This document shows positions 48,270 through 48,947 of a DNA stretch of 48,947 nucleotides, piece after piece. Numbering within the stretch: position 1 is the first letter of the stretch; every line of letters begins with the position of its first letter. Origin of the DNA: Octopus sinensis (Eukaryota); assembly GCF_006345805.1 (NCBI RefSeq), contig NW_021835074.1, positions 1-48,947 of the forward strand, given 5' to 3'. The position numbers and the translations under genes are program-made. The notes under the pieces are model-generated. The model saw only the letters and a list, made by a program, of their open reading frames with translations. It did no database searches and was not told the origin of the DNA.

Positions 48270-48947
48270 TGTTTCTTTATTAGCCACACAGGGCTGCACA
48301 CAGATAGAACAAATTACAAGGTAGAGCTTTTCTTTTGAAGGTTTAAAAAAAAAAAAGAAAAAAGGAAGGGGGAGTTTCGATCAAAAGGGATCGAAAAGGA
48401 GAGAAGAGAGAAGAGGACAAAAAAAAGGGGTTAAAAAAAAGGGGAGAGGAAAAAAAATTTTGATCAATAGGGATCGTTATCACAGAATGTCAATATGAAG
48501 TGTAAAGGGGAGGACAGGTGAGGTTTACCGTGGAAAGAAAAGCCTACGGAAAAGACCACGGTAACCTCGGTCAATGGAGGAGTCAATGTTTATATTTCTT
48601 TTTTTTTTTTTTTGCAAATAAGCAACTCTCTGTTTTCATTTCTGGTTCATAGGATCATGCTCAAGGTGGCTTCGTCATTCATACGCGCCATTCTTGCTAC
48701 ATTCACCCATCTTTTTTAAAACATTCGCTAGACAAAACTTGCCTCTCTACTCTCACTTTCCTTTTCAAGTGGTACTTGAAGAAGTTGATGAGAGATTGAC
48801 CAGAGAGGAAAGTGTTTGTCTCCAATCCTTTCAGACGCGTCCACCAGATACATTCTTTCGCCATAGCCACAAGGATGATGAAAATAGCTCTTCCTTCCCG
48901 TTTGAAGGAGGGAGGCGTGACAATATTAACGATAGACTCAGCTGATA
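48270..48947 (-). mobile_element. Tx1-like LINE 3' end (same subfamily as 27313-28550), continues beyond the window
   Basis: Closely similar to 27313-27960; preceded by (GATA)n at 48254-48269. Confidence 0.92.

Overview
Gene-poor, repeat-saturated animal genomic DNA, most likely an octopus or other coleoid cephalopod. That assignment is inferred from recall of the tRNA-derived SINE families and the microsatellite load, not from a search. No host protein-coding gene can be supported. The window opens with ~10.6 kb of a 30-bp GAT-rich satellite (GGTGATGATGGTGGCGAAGATGATGATGAT) that switches strand abruptly at 9631/9632. The rest is mobile elements set in microsatellites. These include a full-length but frameshifted Tx1/L1-clade LINE (21491-27296, minus) and three relatives, all abutting (GATA)n. 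Also present are R4/Dong-like, CR1-like and mariner fragments, two tRNA-derived SINE families, GGATC-terminated MITEs, Lep1-like Helitrons and a probable solo LTR. The best leads are four. (1) A Tx1 family that appears to target (GATA)n and shares its 3' terminal ~45 nt with one SINE family, suggesting a LINE-SINE pair. (2) That SINE forms multimers with the same junction six times. (3) A 363-bp-period Penelope/retrozyme-like unit carries a minimal hammerhead ribozyme and a 140-bp fold-back. (4) The satellite strand-switch. Coordinates were read by eye and may be off by a few bases.
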